A stretch of 64,000 nt of DNA from the human T2T-CHM13v2.0 reference genome, Homo sapiens: assembly GCF_009914755.1 (NCBI RefSeq), contig NC_060941.1, one strand, 5' to 3'. Numbering within the stretch: position 1 is the first letter of the stretch; each line of letters opens with the position of its first letter. Below are positions 61,332-64,000 of this stretch, in pieces. The translations under genes and the position numbers were made by a program. The notes under the pieces are model-generated. The model did no database searches, was not told where the DNA came from, and saw nothing but the letters and a program-made list of their open reading frames with translations.

Positions 61332-61675
61332 GGCCTCCAACAGAGGCATGGGGGGCAGGAAGAGGGGGCTCAGCTCATGTGCCCACTCAGACACCCTCTG
61401 GGAATGAATCCCAGCTGGTGCCATATGACAGCCCATTTCCTTCTGGTCCCAGAGTGGAATTTTCACAAAAGTTATTTTTCCAGGTTCAATTTTTAAATCA
61501 CAGTCAGGACAGGCCCATCCACCCCAGTATGACCGTGGGGCATGAGGTGACTGGGGAAGGGAGACCTCTCCTGGCAGCATTTCTAGGACCCAACAAGATC
61601 TGGAGGTGCCGGCTCTGGTTCCATCTCTAATCCCCTGCTGTGGCCTGGCCAGTGTACTGCCCGGAGCTGGAAACC

Positions 61676-61681
61676 AATAAA
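61676..61681 (+). terminator. OTOP2 polyadenylation signal
   Basis: AATAAA 345 nt after the stop, followed by GT-rich TGTTTGTCTCTGTTGT. Confidence 0.8.
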
Positions 61682-61913
61682 CCTGTGATTTGCCCCCATC
61701 CCCACTGTTTGTCTCTGTTGTCCCGTCTGAGGTGGTCACAGGAGAGGATCTTGGGAGTCAGAGCGGGAAGGGCCCCTGGAGATTTTCAGGTCTCAAGTTT
61801 TGCAGTGTGTGAGCAAAATCCAAATGACAGACTAGCTACAGGGTGGGTAACTGGAGTTCCCAAACTGCCATCTTCCTCTTCCCTTTATCTCCAGGTGGCA
61901 TATACATATAATC

Positions 61914-62076
61914 TTTTTTTTTTTTTTTTTTTTTTGAGAGAGTGTCTCACCTTTTTGCCCAGGCTGGAGTGCAGATAGATCACTGCAACCTTAACCTCCT
62001 GGACTCAAGAGACCCACCCACTTCAGCCTCCTGAGTAGCTGGAACTACAGCTACTACTGCCACCACGCCTGGCTAA

Positions 62077-62127
<51 letters not shown>

Positions 62128-62245
62128 AGATGAGGGTCTCATTGTGTTGCCCAGTCTGGTCTTGAACTCCTGGGCTCAAGTGATCCTCCCCCCTCAGCCT
62201 CCCAAAGTGCTGGGATTACAGGCATGAGCCACAGCACTCAACCTA
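61914..62245 (-). mobile_element. AluJ containing a (TG)n microsatellite (~62079-62126)
   Basis: Alu arms flank about 24 TG units at the linker position. Confidence 0.85.
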
Positions 62246-62494
62246 ATCATTTTCTTTGTGTGTGTCCCATGACAGAAGCAAGTTTAGGAAGCAGTGACCT
62301 AGTCTAATGTCTGCATTTTACAAAGAAGGAAGCTGAGGCCCAGAGAGGTAAAGTGACTTGCCCAAGGTCACACACCTGCAAAAAATCCAGAGCCTTTCTG
62401 CTAAGAACAATAATTTTCAAACTTTGTTTTCAAGCAGAACATTTTTCCCTTCAAATAAAATATTACAGGAACACAAGTTTATAACATAGATATA

Positions 62495-62790
62495 GGCTGT
62501 GTGCAGTGCCTCACGCTTGTAATCCCAGCACTTTGGGAGGCCGAGGCAGGCAGATCACTTGAGGTCAGGAGTTCGAGACCAGCCTGGCCAACATGGCGAA
62601 ACTCTGTTTCTACTAAAAAATACAAAAAGTAGCCAGGCATGGTGGCGTGCGCCTGTAATCCCAGCTACTCAGGAGGCTGAGGCAGGAGAATCACTTGAAC
62701 CCAGGAGGCAAAGGTTGCAGTGAGCCGAGATCATGCCACTGCACTCCAGCCTGTCTAAAACAAAAACAAAAACAAACAAACAAAAAAGAT
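62495..62790 (+). mobile_element. AluS
   Basis: Alu dimer with a (CAAAA)n tail. Confidence 0.88.
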
Positions 62791-63604
62791 ATAAACAAGG
62801 CAGTTCTAATTTAAAAGGAGTTGGGAGTCTCAGATCCTCACCACTTGACTTCCCCCTGCCCCAGGAGGTCCCCGAGGAGTTTCCCCTAAGCCCTAGGGTT
62901 TCTACTCTACAAAGGGTATAGAGATGCTTAGGAGGGAAGACAGCAGAGAGATGGGAAGGAGGCTCCACAGTTAGAAGAGTGAAAGGTGGTGGTGAGCATG
63001 CAGAGGCAGAGGGAGGGGAAGGGCTGGGAGAGGGAGGGCTGGGCGGGACCCATGGAGCAGATGGCATTTGGGGGAGATCATGGGAACAGCAGCACTGGGA
63101 GCTCAGGGGACTTTGAGGAAAGTGTGCCTGGACCCTGTCAGCAGAAGGAGGTGAGTAGTTCTCAGAGGCCGCAGGTGGAGCTGAGGAGGCCTCCTCCCCT
63201 GTCAGAATGGGGCTGTGCTCCAACTCCCCCCACCAAGTTCAGGTTTGACTTAAGGGAAACACAGGGTCCTGCTAGGCGGCCTCCAGGCCTGGGGCTAGGT
63301 AGGGTACAGGAAAAAGCGACTCCAGGCCTGGAGGGAGGGCGTCCATTCCCAGCTTGATCACCAAAGGAAAACGAGGCCTGAATTCCGCAAGCTCTTTACT
63401 GCGGACCTAAGAACACTGCACCCCTCTCCACCCCATCCGAGGGCGGGCTGCGAGTTGGAGACCCTGCAGGCCCGCGCCTGCACAGCCCTCAGCCCCGCCC
63501 GCTTGTCCAGCTGCCTCGCAATTGGCTGCACCCTCTGGGTCCGAGCCCCCGGGAGGGTAATTAACGAGGGATTAATGAGATTTCCAAAGTCAACAGAAAA
63601 ATCG

Positions 63605-63710
63605 ATGGGCCGCGGAGCCCGAGCGGCGGCTGCGCAGTCCCGCTGGGGGAGGGCGTCGCGGGCATCGGTCTCACCTGGACGGACGATCCGCTCAGCGCCC
63701 GCAGTCGGTG
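63605..63710 (+). CDS. OTOP3: Otopetrin-3, first coding exon of a long N-terminal isoform
   Basis: MGRGARAAAAQSRWGRASRASVSPGRTIRSAPAVG matches my recollection of the OTOP3 N-terminus; weak donor G|GTTAGC, phase 1; CpG island directly downstream of OTOP2. Confidence 0.7.
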
Positions 63711-63724
63711 GTTAGCCCACGGCG

Positions 63725-63743
63725 ATGCCTCTCCCGGCCTCAG
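63725..63743 (+). CDS. OTOP3: OTOP3 alternative short first coding exon (MPLPAS)
   Basis: GGCGATG CCT CTC CCG GCC TCA G|GTAAGC with a near-consensus donor, phase 1. Confidence 0.7.
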
Positions 63744-64000
63744 GTAAGCCCGGAGCGCCGGCGGAACTTTCCCAGCTTGCGCACCCCAGACACTGGCACA
63801 TACTACCCACCCCCCCAAAAGGGGGGTTCACAAGTAGGGGCTGCAGGGATTGGAACGGGAAAGCGGGGTGACTGTGGAGAGGTGAACTCCCTTTAATCTG
63901 AGGCCGGCCCCTCCACCCGCCCCGCAACCCGCGCTCCGCGCCCCTACTCCTTTCCGTGGACCCGGGGAGCACAGAGGGCCTCAGGGCGCGACTCCTCCCG

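Overview
Primate (very probably human) genomic DNA. The recognisable gene order FDXR - FADS6 - USH1G - OTOP2 - OTOP3 corresponds to 17q25.1. The window holds FDXR coding exon 1 with its CpG-island promoter (minus strand), all of FADS6 (6 coding exons, 368 aa, minus), all coding exons of USH1G/SANS (3 exons, 461 aa, minus), all of OTOP2 (1 putative non-coding plus 6 coding exons, 562 aa, plus) and the first exon(s) of OTOP3 (plus). Every coding exon was placed by hand at GT/AG sites, and phases and lengths add up to intact ORFs. The rest is Alu-dense, with older L1, L2, MIR, MER and MaLR fragments. The most unusual object is an 8.5-kb HERV9/LTR12 insertion (33708-42239) that splits an Alu and has a 4-bp target-site duplication (CTGG). 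BOTH of its ends are U5 LTR ends pointing outwards, it has three U5 copies, and it switches strand internally (env on minus, gag-pol on plus). Other notable structures are a ~230-bp non-Alu inverted duplication in FADS6 intron 4, a FADS6 coding tandem repeat in which every unit carries an ATG, a polyadenylated orphan insert inside an MST LTR, a USH1G last intron whose retention gives the same protein, and twin OTOP3 start codons separated by an in-frame stop. Repeat subfamily names and boundaries are by-eye estimates. No database searches were run.
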